A stretch of DNA of 43,640 nt from Chloroflexota bacterium (GTDB lineage Bacteria; Chloroflexota; Anaerolineae; 4572-78): positions 1 through 43,640 of the forward strand of contig JAJRSQ010000237.1 in the NCBI GenBank assembly GCA_024278725.1, read 5' to 3'. A program made the position numbers and the translations under genes. The notes under the pieces were generated by a model. That model was given only the letters and a program-made list of their open reading frames with translations, ran no database searches and was not told the DNA's origin. This document shows positions 28,412 to 37,061 of the stretch, piece after piece. How positions within the stretch are numbered: position 1 is the stretch's first letter; the number at the start of each line of letters is the position of its first letter.

Positions 28412-28827
28412 CACACAAAAAAATCGTTTTCATCGTCACATTTTTGCTGCTGACCCTTTCGCTGGTGGTCAGCGCCTGCGGCGGCTCGGCGGAAGTTGTT
28501 GAAAACCCCGACCCCGTCGGCAAGACTGAAATCGTTGCAGCAGTGGATGGCAACGCGGATGCCGGTCAAGCCCTGTTCGCCAAAAGTTGCGCGGCATGTC
28601 ACGGCGCAAACGCCGAGGGCGTCACCGGCTTGGGACCGGATTTGCACAATAATGCGTTCATCGGCGGTATTGATGATGCCGCGCTGGCAGACTTCATCGC
28701 CGCCGGACGCACAGTGAACGCCCCCGACAACACCACGGGCGTCGCCATGCCGCCGAAGGGCGGCAACCCCGCTTTAACGGCGAACGACCTCGCCGACATT
28801 GCGGCATATCTTCGCAGCTTGCAGTAA
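28408..28827 (+). CDS. Class I c-type cytochrome, lipoprotein
   Basis: 139 aa from ATG 28408, with AAGGAGAG upstream and an ATGA overlap with the kinase stop. Lipobox VVSACGG, haem motif CAACH, and a distal Met in GVAMPPKGG. Confidence 0.85.
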   Translation: MTHKKIVFIVTFLLLTLSLVVSACGGSAEVVENPDPVGKTEIVAAVDGNADAGQALFAKSCAACHGANAEGVTGLGPDLHNNAFIGGIDDAALADFIAAGRTVNAPDNTTGVAMPPKGGNPALTANDLADIAAYLRSLQ

Positions 28828-28841
28828 TCCGCACCCATACG

Positions 28842-28874
28842 AAAAGCCCCGCGAAAAATGCGGGGCTTTTTTTA
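28842..28874. terminator. Bidirectional rho-independent terminator (cytochrome c / CBS gene)
   Basis: AAAAGCCCCGC (28842-28852), a 7-nt loop, GCGGGGCTTTT (28860-28870). It has A-runs and T-runs on both sides and sits between convergent genes. Confidence 0.85.
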
Positions 28875-29291
28875 TGCGTCCTGTTCCAATTGGGTGATGA
28901 GATAATCGAGCAAATCCGTCTCGGTGATGATGCCCACCAGCTTGTCCCCCTGCATCACCGGCAGCCCGCCGATTTTATGGTGGCGCATCAGCTTGGCGGC
29001 AGTTGCCAACGGGGCATCCGCCGCCACCGAAATGGGGTCGCGGGTCATTGCGCCCAACACGCGAATATTGTCAAGCAGCATATCATCGTACCAGCGTTCC
29101 CGCAGCACCAGCGGCGAATTTGTCGCCCGCCGCAAATCCCGGTCGCTCAGAATGCCCACCAACTCGCCCGCCTGCACCACCGGCAAACGGCGAAAATTCC
29201 CCGCCTGCATTTTATCTTTCGCCACCCGCAACGTATCGTGCGGCGATACCGTCTCCGGGTTGGCGGTCATCACTGCTGAAACCAAAATCAT
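28872..29291 (-). CDS. CBS-domain pair protein
   Basis: 139 aa with two tandem CBS motifs (VMTANPETVSPHDTLRVAKDKMQAGNFRRLPVV...GILSDRDL and AMTRDPISVAADAPLATAAKLMRHHKIGGLPVM...GIITETDLL). Confidence 0.88.
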   Translation of the reverse strand: MILVSAVMTANPETVSPHDTLRVAKDKMQAGNFRRLPVVQAGELVGILSDRDLRRATNSPLVLRERWYDDMLLDNIRVLGAMTRDPISVAADAPLATAAKLMRHHKIGGLPVMQGDKLVGIITETDLLDYLITQLEQDA

Positions 29292-29311
29292 ATCAAACCT
29301 CCTGAACAGAG

Positions 29312-30607
29312 CTACATATATCCCAAATTGTGCGCGGCGTGCGCCAGCTCATCCCTGAATTTCGGATGGGCGATGTTGATGAGCGCCTGCGTGCGCTGAC
29401 GAACCGTTTTCCCGTGCAAATTCGCCACACCGTATTCCGTCACCACATAATGCACATCGTTGCGGGTGGTAATCACCCCCGCCCCTTCGGTGAGGGTGGG
29501 CACAATGCGGCTGATGGCGTCCCCTTTGGCGGTAGACAGAAACGCGATGATGGGCAGCCCGCCCTTTGAGCGCGCCGCGCCGCGAATGAAATCAATCTGC
29601 CCGCCCACACCGCTGTAAAATCGCGTGCCGATGGAATCGGCGCAGACCTGCCCCGTCAAATCAATCTGAATGGCGGAATTGATGGCAACCATCTTTTCGT
29701 TTTGAGCAATGTTGAACGGGTCGTTCACGTAATCGCTGGGGTGCATTTCAATGATGGGATTATTGTGGATGAATTTGTAGAGCCGTTTTGAACCGAACAA
29801 AAAGCCGGAGATGATTTTTCCGGGGTGGAAAGTTTTCCGGTTGCACGTGATGACACCCGCTTCAAACATATCAATCACGCCATCGGAAAAAAGCTCGGTG
29901 TGGATGCCCAAATCGCGGTGATTGCCCAAATTTTGCAACACCGCATCGGGGATGCTGCCGATGCCCATTTGCAGAGTCGCCCCGTCGGGGATCATCTCCG
30001 CAATGTGTTCCCCCACCCGCAAATGCAGTTCCGAGCTGCCGCCCTGCGGCGCTTCCGGGATGGGATAATCCACTTCCACAATTTGGGTCAACCGGCTGAC
30101 GTGAATGAAGCTATCGCCGAGCGTGCGGGGCATTTGACGGTTGATTTCCGCGATGACCACCCTCGCCGCACCGGCGGCGGGTTTAGTGGAACCGACCTCC
30201 ACGCCAAAGCTGCAAAAGCCGTGTTCGTCGGGCGGGGAAAGTGAAATCAACGACACATCGAGCGGCAGGATGCCGTTGCGGAAGAGCGCCGGGACTTCCG
30301 ACAAAAATATCGGGGTGAAATCGGCGCGTCCGTCGTTGACGGCTTTTCGCACCGCCGGTCCGATGAACAACGCATTGTGCCGAAACGATGCGCTGTATTT
30401 TTCATCCACATACGGCGCATCGGCAAAGGTGAGGATGTGCGTGATTTCCACATCCCGCAGGTGGGGCGCTTGTCGCACCAGCGCATCAATCAGCACTTTC
30501 GGCACACCGGCGCCCCCGCCAATGTACACCCGGTTGCCCGACTGCACCGCCGAAAGCGCGGCATCGGCATCGGTCACTTTTTTACGATATATCGCTTCCC
30601 AATTCAT
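29312..30607 (-). CDS. Acetyl-CoA hydrolase/transferase family protein (4-hydroxybutyrate/succinyl-CoA:acetate CoA-transferase-like)
   Basis: 431 aa. The N-terminus AVQSGNRVYIGGGAGVPKVLIDAL and the segments DVSLISLSPPDEHGFCSFG and ELFSDGV...INSAIQIDLTGQVCADS...SGVGGQIDFIRGA are typical of the family. Confidence 0.88.
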   Translation of the reverse strand: MNWEAIYRKKVTDADAALSAVQSGNRVYIGGGAGVPKVLIDALVRQAPHLRDVEITHILTFADAPYVDEKYSASFRHNALFIGPAVRKAVNDGRADFTPIFLSEVPALFRNGILPLDVSLISLSPPDEHGFCSFGVEVGSTKPAAGAARVVIAEINRQMPRTLGDSFIHVSRLTQIVEVDYPIPEAPQGGSSELHLRVGEHIAEMIPDGATLQMGIGSIPDAVLQNLGNHRDLGIHTELFSDGVIDMFEAGVITCNRKTFHPGKIISGFLFGSKRLYKFIHNNPIIEMHPSDYVNDPFNIAQNEKMVAINSAIQIDLTGQVCADSIGTRFYSGVGGQIDFIRGAARSKGGLPIIAFLSTAKGDAISRIVPTLTEGAGVITTRNDVHYVVTEYGVANLHGKTVRQRTQALINIAHPKFRDELAHAAHNLGYM

Positions 30608-31728
30608 GCATTTCCTCCTGCCGGCAATGTGCCCTCAACGGGTTTTCCCAATGCCGATGCCACAATCCGGCTCACCAATTTCCCCTGATACAGCACCGTT
30701 CCCGCCGCCAACGCGGGATGGGTTTTCAGCGCCGTGCCCACCCCTTCACTGCCGATGCTCAACAGATAGGGGAGTGAAGCGTTGGTGAGGGCATAGCTGG
30801 TGGTACGGGCGGCAATCGCGGTGAGGTTCGGCACGCAAAAATGGATGACGCCCTCTTCCACGAAAGTCTGGTCGCGGATGGTGGTGGGGCGGCTGGTTTC
30901 CACGCATCCGCCGCTGTCGATGGAAAAATCAATGATGACCGAGCGTTTCCGCATCGAGCGCACCATGTCGCGGGTCACCAAAATGGGGGCGCGTTTGCCA
31001 GGTGTTTGCACCGCGCCGACGAAAACGTCGGCGTATGATACGGCGCGTTTCAAATTGTATTCATTGTAAAGGACGGTGTTCACCTTGCCGTTGAAAAATT
31101 CTTCGATGCGGCGAAGCTGGTTCATATCTTTGTCCAGCACGGTCACTTGCGCCCCAATGCCCCAAAATGCCCGCGCGGCGCTGAAGCCGAGTTCGCCCCC
31201 GCCCAAAATGACGACGGCGGCGGCGGGCACGCCGGGCAGCCCGCTGAGGAGCGTCCCGCGCCCGCCACGGTGGGTGGTGAGCAGTTGCCCGGCAATAATC
31301 GGCGCGAGGCGTCCGGCGGTCTGGCTCATCGGGACTAAAACGGGCAGGCATCCGTCTTCTTTTTGCACCAGTTCGTAGGCAATGGCGGTGATGCGACGCG
31401 CGGTGAGCGCGTCCAGCAGGTCGGGGGATGATACCGCCAGATGCAGGAATGAAAAGATGGTCTGTCCGGTGCGGAAGAGCGCGTGTTCATCGCGCGTGGG
31501 GCGAGTCACTTTCACCACCACATCCGCGCGGCGATATGCCTCCTCTGCGGAATAAACAATTTGCGCCCCGGCAGCGCGATAATCCTCATCGCTGAAACCG
31601 GCGGTCGCGCCGGCATTCCGTTCCACATATACTTGATGCCCGGCTTTGGTGAGGGCTAAAACGCCGGGGGGCGTCAATCCGACACGGTTTTCAAGGTCAC
31701 GCACTTCGGCGGGAACACCAAATTCCAT
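30604..31728 (-). CDS. ald: Alanine dehydrogenase
   Basis: 374 aa. MEFGVPAEVRDLENRVGLTPPGVLALTKAGHQVYVERNAGATAGFSDEDYRAAGAQIV, with a Rossmann motif VVILGGGELGFSAA. There is a 4-nt overlap with the CoA-transferase gene. Confidence 0.88.
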   Translation of the reverse strand: MEFGVPAEVRDLENRVGLTPPGVLALTKAGHQVYVERNAGATAGFSDEDYRAAGAQIVYSAEEAYRRADVVVKVTRPTRDEHALFRTGQTIFSFLHLAVSSPDLLDALTARRITAIAYELVQKEDGCLPVLVPMSQTAGRLAPIIAGQLLTTHRGGRGTLLSGLPGVPAAAVVILGGGELGFSAARAFWGIGAQVTVLDKDMNQLRRIEEFFNGKVNTVLYNEYNLKRAVSYADVFVGAVQTPGKRAPILVTRDMVRSMRKRSVIIDFSIDSGGCVETSRPTTIRDQTFVEEGVIHFCVPNLTAIAARTTSYALTNASLPYLLSIGSEGVGTALKTHPALAAGTVLYQGKLVSRIVASALGKPVEGTLPAGGNA

Positions 31729-31772
31729 ATGATTACCTCCTGTATTGTTTTACTTCGTTTCAAAATTCAGCA

Positions 31773-31810
31773 AAAAGCCACGAATCCGACGTTGGTTCGC
31801 GGCTTTTTTG
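31773..31810. terminator. Hairpin terminator between the DHOD-like gene and ald
   Basis: AAAAGCCACGAA (31773-31784) pairs with TTCGCGGCTTTT (31797-31808), with one G-U-type mismatch. It is flanked by A-runs and T-runs. It lies downstream of the minus-strand gene ending at 31878. Confidence 0.7.
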
Positions 31811-31877
31811 CGTCTATTTTTTTGCACGCCCGAAAAAGATTCGCGCGCGTAACGGGAGTGTACCGTCATCCATACAT

Positions 31878-32867
31878 TTAGCGATAGCTTTGCAACACTT
31901 TCATATAGTTTGCGCGCTCAAAAGCGGCGGGTTCCGCCACATTGCGCTGATTCATACTGCCCTGCATCTGGACAATCGATTCGTATTCATACAGTTCCAT
32001 CCAATCTACCAGCGATTGCAGAATTTGGCTGATGCGTCCCACGCCATTGGCGAGCAATTCCGATGCCATCATCGTCACTTTTGCACCCGCCATCACGCCT
32101 TTCAGCACGTCATAATGGGTGTGAACGCCGGTGGTGATGGCGAAATCCACATCAATTTGGGGGGACAGAATTGCCACCCAGCGCAACGGCAACAGCATCT
32201 CGTGGGAATGGCTGAGTTCGACTCTCGGCGCAACCTCCAGCGCTTCCAGGTCGAAATCGGGCTGGTAAAAACGATTGAACAACACCAGCGCATCGGCGCC
32301 GGCGGCGGCGAGTTGCGCACTCATATGGGCGGTGCTGCTGAAATACGGGTTGAGTTTCACGGCAACCGGAATGCTCACGCTGGCGGTCACATCGCGCACC
32401 ACATCCAGATACATCTTTTCCACATCCGTGCCGGCGAGCGAAGTGCTGGTGGGAATGTAGTAGATGTTCAGCTCCAACCCATCCGCACCGGCATCCGCGA
32501 TATTTTTGGCGTATTCAATCCATCCGCCGGTGGAAACACCGTTCAAACTGCCGATGACGGGGATGTCAACCGATTCTTTGATGCGTCGGATGTGATTCAA
32601 ATATTCATCAGGACCCATATTGTAATCGGTCATATCCGGGAAATAGCTTGAAGCCTCTGAAAATGTATCCGCGCCGAAGCTCAAAAAATGGTCGAGTTCG
32701 TGGCTTTCACCGGAAATTTGTTCCTCAAACAACGAGTACAAAACAATAGCCGCCGCGCCCGCGTCTTCCATCTGTTTGACGGTCGCAATATCTTTTGACA
32801 GTGGGGATGCTGATGGTACGATGGGGTTCTTCAATGTCATGCCCATATATGTTGTGGTTAAATCCAT
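31878..32867 (-). CDS. Dihydroorotate-dehydrogenase-like TIM-barrel flavoprotein (non-canonical active site)
   Basis: 329 aa. The class-1 DHOD/DPD-like fold is seen in [43 protein letters not shown] and [19 protein letters not shown]. The canonical ELN(L/I)SCPN catalytic segment reads ELNIYYIP here. The gene is immediately downstream of PFOR. Confidence 0.75.
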   Translation of the reverse strand: MDLTTTYMGMTLKNPIVPSASPLSKDIATVKQMEDAGAAAIVLYSLFEEQISGESHELDHFLSFGADTFSEASSYFPDMTDYNMGPDEYLNHIRRIKESVDIPVIGSLNGVSTGGWIEYAKNIADAGADGLELNIYYIPTSTSLAGTDVEKMYLDVVRDVTASVSIPVAVKLNPYFSSTAHMSAQLAAAGADALVLFNRFYQPDFDLEALEVAPRVELSHSHEMLLPLRWVAILSPQIDVDFAITTGVHTHYDVLKGVMAGAKVTMMASELLANGVGRISQILQSLVDWMELYEYESIVQMQGSMNQRNVAEPAAFERANYMKVLQSYR

Positions 32868-32972
32868 AAATCACATCCTCATTTTTTTTTGAAGTTTTTA
32901 TCGGGGATGGTGTGCGCCATATTTCAGACGCACACCACTTTCATCACCTACTTATCTGCCGGGAGCAGGAAC

Positions 32973-35900
32973 TCAGTCGATGGCAGCCATCTGTTCATAT
33001 TTGTGCCAATGCGCGTTGACGGCATCCTGCGCCGCTGCCAGCAATTCATCCGCTTTCGCCGGGTTCGTTTTCACCAGGATTTTATACCGCGCTTCGTTGT
33101 AGATGTAATCTTTCAACGGACGTTTCGGCTTTTTGGAGTCGAGTTTCAATGGCGGCTTGCCTTCCTGATGACGGCGCGGGTCGTAGCGGTAGAGGGGCCA
33201 GTAGCCCGTTTCCACCGCCAGTTTTGTTTGGATGTGCCCCTGACCGCTGGCAAGGTCGATGCCGTGGGCGATACAGGGTGAATAGGCGATAATCAGCGAG
33301 GGACCGTCGTAGGCTTCGGCTTCCATGATGGCTTTCACGGTCTGCGCATCGTTGGCGCCCATCGCAATTTGCGCCACGTACACATACCCGTAGCTCATCG
33401 CCATCATCCCCAGGTCTTTTTTGATGGTCGGTTTCCCACCGGCGGCGAATTTCGCCACCGCGGCGAGCGGGGTCGCTTTGGATGCCTGCCCGCCGGTATT
33501 GGAATAAACTTCGGTGTCCAGCACCAGCACGTTCACATTGCGTCCGCTGGCGAGCACATGGTCTACCCCGCCGTAACCGATGTCGTATGCCCAGCCGTCG
33601 CCGCCCATAATCCAGACGCTCTTCTTCACCAGCATATCGGCTAAACTGAGCAGGTCGCGGGCTTTCACGCCGTTGTTTCCGGCGAGAATATCTTTCAGTT
33701 GCGCCACCCGCTCGCGTTGCGCGCTGATGCCCGCTTCGTCCGACTGGTCGGCGCTGAGCAGCGCATCCGCCAAATCCGCGCCGATGTCGTCGCGCAGCAG
33801 AGTCACCAATTCGCGGGCGTATTCGGTTTGTTTGTCAATGGTCAGCCGCATGCCCAGCCCGAATTCGGCATTGTCTTCAAAGAGCGAGTTGCTCCACGCG
33901 GGACCGCGTCCCTCTTTGTTGAATGTCCACGGGGTGGTGGGCAGATTGCCGCCGTAAATGCTGGAACAGCCGGTCGCATTGGCAACCACAGCGCGGTCGC
34001 CGAAGAGTTGCGTGACCAGTTTGACGTAGGGGGTTTCCCCGCAACCCGCGCACGCGCCGGAAAATTCAAAGAGGGGTTCGAGGAGTTGGATATTCTTCAC
34101 GTTGGCGAAATTCACCGAATCGGTGCGGGAGATTTCCGGCAAATCGAGGAAGAAGCTCCAGTTTGCGCGTTCGGTTTCCCGCAACGGCAATTGCGGCTCC
34201 ATATTGATGGCTTTGCGCCCCACCTGCGTTTTATCCTTCACGGGACATGCTTCCACACAGAGGGTACAGCCGGTGCAGTCTTCCACCGCCACTTGCAGGG
34301 TGTATTTCATCCCTTTAAATTCTTTCCAACGGGCGTCAACCGCTTTGAAGGTTTCGGGTGCGCCTTCGAGCGCGGTTTCATCATACACTTTCGAGCGGAT
34401 GACCGCGTGCGGACACACCAGCACACACTTTCCACACTGAATACAGAGGTCTTCATCCCACACCGGGGCTTCCAGCGCAATGTTTCGTTTTTCCCATTGG
34501 GTGGTTCCCGAAGGATATGTGCCGTCAATGGGCAACATGCTGACCGGAATTTCATCCCCTCTGCCCTGCATCATTTTTGCGGTGACGGTTTTGACAAATT
34601 CCGGCGCGGCGTCCGGCACGGTTGCCGGTTTTTCGATGGTGCTGGTTGCCTGCGCGGGCACGTCAATTTTGTGCAGATGCGAAAGGGCGGCATCAACGGC
34701 GGCGAAGTTTTTCTGTACCACTGCCTCGCCCCGTTTGCCGTAAGTTTTCTTGATGGCGGTTTTGATGCGGTCAATCGCTTCATCTTCCGGCAACACCCCG
34801 CTGATGGCGAAGAAGCAGGTTTGCATGATGGTGTTGATGCGCACGCCCATACCCGTTTCTTTCGCCACTTCATAGGCGTCAATCGCGTAGAATTTCAGAT
34901 TTTTGCTGATGATGGCTTCCTGAATTGTGCGCGGCAGATGTCCCCAAACCTCATCGGCGTGATAAGGGCTGTTCAGGAGGAAGGTTGCCCCCTCTTCCGC
35001 GTAATCGAGCAGGTCGTACCGTTCCAGGAAAACGAATTGATGCACGGCGATGAAGTTCGCCTTTTTGATGAGATATGTGCTGTGGATGGGGCGCGACCCG
35101 AATCGAAGGTGCGAAATGGTCTGCGCACCGGCTTTTCGGGAGTCGTAAACAAAATAGCCCTGAGCGTAATTGTCCGTACCTTCCCCGATGATTTTGATGG
35201 AGTTTTTGTTCGCGCCAACCGTGCCGTCGGAACCGAGTCCCCAGAACATCGCCCGCACAATATCATCCGGCTCAATGTTGAAGTCGCGGTCAAATTCGAT
35301 GCTGGTGTTCGTCACATCGTCAATAATGCCGACGGTGAAATGGTTTTTCGGTTTGGCTTTGGTCATTTCATCGAATACCCCTTTGACCATCGCGGGGGTG
35401 AATTCTTTGGATGACAGTCCGTATCGCCCACCGATGATGCGCGGCATCCGGGTGAAGGGGGTTGTGCCATCGGCAAAACCTTCGCTGATGGTGGTGATGA
35501 CATCCTGATAGAGGGGTTCGCCGGCGGCGCCCGGTTCTTTGGTGCGGTCTAACACGGCGATGGTTTTGGTGGTGGCGGGCAGTGCGCCCAGGAAATGTTC
35601 GGCGGAGAAGGGACGGTAGAGCCGAACTTTCAGCATCCCGATTTTTTCGCCCCGCGCCGTGAGGTAATTCACCGTTTCCTCGGCGGTTTCCGCGCCGGAG
35701 CCCATCAGAATGATCACCCGCTCGGCGTCGGGCGCACCAATGTAGTCGAACAGGTGGTATTGGCGTCCCACAATTTTGGCGAATTTGTCCATCGCTTTTT
35801 GGACAATGCCGGGGGTTTTGATGTAAAACGGATTGACCGTTTCGCGCGCTTGGAAGAAAACGTCGGGGTTCTGCGCCGTACCGCGAATGGCGGGATGGTC

Positions 35901-36542
35901 GGGCGATAATCCGCGGGCGCGGTGGGCGCGGACGAGGTCATCGTCAATCATCGCCCGCATATCGTCGTGTGTCAGTTCCTCCACTTTCATAATTTCGTGC
36001 GACGTGCGGAAACCGTCGAACACGTGCAAAAACGGCACGCGCGATTCCAGCGTGGCAGCCTGAGAAATCAGCGCGAAGTCCATCACTTCCTGCACCGATG
36101 AGGCGAACAGCATGGCAAAGCCGGTGCTGCGGGCAGCCATCACATCGCTGTGGTCGCCAAAGATGGACAAAGCCTGCGCCGCCACCGACCGCGCCGCAAT
36201 GTGGAAAACAGTGCTGGTCAGTTCACCGGCAATCTTGTACATATTGGGTATCATCAACAGCAACCCTTGCGATGCGGTGAAGGTAGTGGTGAGCGAGCCG
36301 GTGGTCAATGCGCCGTGGACTGCCCCGGCGGCGCCGCCTTCCGCTTGCATTTCCACAACAGTGGGGACAGTTCCCCAGATATTTGTTGCATGCTTGGCAG
36401 ATTTTTCGTCCGCCATTTCTCCCATCGGAGACGAGGGCGTAATCGGGTAGATGGCAATCACTTCATTTGTGGCGTGCGCCACGTGTGCCACCGCAGTGTT
36501 ACCGTCAATGGTAACCATTCTTCGTTGTGTTCCGTTAGCCAT
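32973..36542 (-). CDS. nifJ: Pyruvate:ferredoxin (flavodoxin) oxidoreductase
   Basis: 1189 aa of single-chain PFOR. It starts MVTIDGNTAVAHVAHATNEVIAIYPITPSSPMGE. The ferredoxin domain carries CIQCGKCVLVCPH and CTGCTLCVEACP. The TPP domain includes GCGETPY and GGDGWAYDIGYGG. Confidence 0.97.
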   Translation of the reverse strand: MANGTQRRMVTIDGNTAVAHVAHATNEVIAIYPITPSSPMGEMADEKSAKHATNIWGTVPTVVEMQAEGGAAGAVHGALTTGSLTTTFTASQGLLLMIPNMYKIAGELTSTVFHIAARSVAAQALSIFGDHSDVMAARSTGFAMLFASSVQEVMDFALISQAATLESRVPFLHVFDGFRTSHEIMKVEELTHDDMRAMIDDDLVRAHRARGLSPDHPAIRGTAQNPDVFFQARETVNPFYIKTPGIVQKAMDKFAKIVGRQYHLFDYIGAPDAERVIILMGSGAETAEETVNYLTARGEKIGMLKVRLYRPFSAEHFLGALPATTKTIAVLDRTKEPGAAGEPLYQDVITTISEGFADGTTPFTRMPRIIGGRYGLSSKEFTPAMVKGVFDEMTKAKPKNHFTVGIIDDVTNTSIEFDRDFNIEPDDIVRAMFWGLGSDGTVGANKNSIKIIGEGTDNYAQGYFVYDSRKAGAQTISHLRFGSRPIHSTYLIKKANFIAVHQFVFLERYDLLDYAEEGATFLLNSPYHADEVWGHLPRTIQEAIISKNLKFYAIDAYEVAKETGMGVRINTIMQTCFFAISGVLPEDEAIDRIKTAIKKTYGKRGEAVVQKNFAAVDAALSHLHKIDVPAQATSTIEKPATVPDAAPEFVKTVTAKMMQGRGDEIPVSMLPIDGTYPSGTTQWEKRNIALEAPVWDEDLCIQCGKCVLVCPHAVIRSKVYDETALEGAPETFKAVDARWKEFKGMKYTLQVAVEDCTGCTLCVEACPVKDKTQVGRKAINMEPQLPLRETERANWSFFLDLPEISRTDSVNFANVKNIQLLEPLFEFSGACAGCGETPYVKLVTQLFGDRAVVANATGCSSIYGGNLPTTPWTFNKEGRGPAWSNSLFEDNAEFGLGMRLTIDKQTEYARELVTLLRDDIGADLADALLSADQSDEAGISAQRERVAQLKDILAGNNGVKARDLLSLADMLVKKSVWIMGGDGWAYDIGYGGVDHVLASGRNVNVLVLDTEVYSNTGGQASKATPLAAVAKFAAGGKPTIKKDLGMMAMSYGYVYVAQIAMGANDAQTVKAIMEAEAYDGPSLIIAYSPCIAHGIDLASGQGHIQTKLAVETGYWPLYRYDPRRHQEGKPPLKLDSKKPKRPLKDYIYNEARYKILVKTNPAKADELLAAAQDAVNAHWHKYEQMAAID

Positions 36543-36602
36543 AGATTTTCTCCTTTAAAAATTCACTCCCTCCAGTATACTCCTTGCGCAAGTGCATGTC
36601 TA

Positions 36603-36637
36603 GTGAAATTTATCGTTATTTTGATGATAAATGTCAC
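36603..36637. promoter_or_regulatory. 12-11-12 inverted repeat in the PFOR upstream region (candidate operator or 5'-UTR hairpin)
   Basis: GTGAAATTTATC (36603-36614), an 11-nt AT-rich spacer, GATAAATGTCAC (36626-36637). The arms match at 11/12 positions. It lies 61-95 nt upstream of the nifJ ATG (36542). Confidence 0.4.
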
Positions 36638-36670
36638 ATCACGGCTGAAGGATTCCCCCCGGATGGACGA

Positions 36671-36976
36671 TTATTCCAGCGATGCCACCACCACGGAGTC
36701 GAATCCGCCGTGCGGATTGGGGAGATAGGCGTCCGCCTGCCATTCATCGCGCCAGTGCATACCGTCAAACAAATAGCGGAAACGATAGGACTGCCCGGCA
36801 TCCAAATCGAGCGCAATCACCCAATCATCATTTTCATCATGCTCAAACGGAAGGGATGCAACATCCCATGCATTGAAATCGCCCACCAAATTGATGCTTT
36901 CCACCCACAATGAACCGGGGATTTTAAAGATGACCCGCACTTTTCCGGGCGCGTAGGATGGTTCTTTCTGTATCAT
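36671..36976 (-). CDS. Stand-alone CBM48 / isoamylase early-set (AMPK-beta glycogen-binding-like) domain protein
   Basis: About 101 aa starting at MIQKEP (36976). VRVIFKIPGSLWVESINLVGDFNAWDVASLPFEHDENDDWVIALDLDAGQSYRFRYLFDGMHWRDEWQADAYLPNPHGGFDSVV is the classic CBM48 pattern (LVGDFNxW...YxFkYlvDG.W..D). Confidence 0.75.
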   Translation of the reverse strand: MIQKEPSYAPGKVRVIFKIPGSLWVESINLVGDFNAWDVASLPFEHDENDDWVIALDLDAGQSYRFRYLFDGMHWRDEWQADAYLPNPHGGFDSVVVASLE

Positions 36977-37061
36977 TAATCGCTCCCTGTATGCAAAAAG
37001 ACAAGCGTCCTTTGGCAAGAACGCTCATCTTGTTTAATGATGGTTTTCAATAATGTTGGAT

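Noticed and set aside
33699-35414. 571-aa plus-strand ORF
   Set aside because: It is antisense to the unambiguous PFOR gene. The sequence is low-complexity and R/G/F-rich with no domain signatures.
36603-36637. Calling the PFOR upstream dyad a Rex or CRP/FNR box
   Set aside because: The half-site ends (GTGA/TCAC) are suggestive, but the 12-11-12 geometry does not match TTGTGAA-N6-TTCACAA or TGTGA-N6-TCACA. It is kept only as an unassigned dyad.
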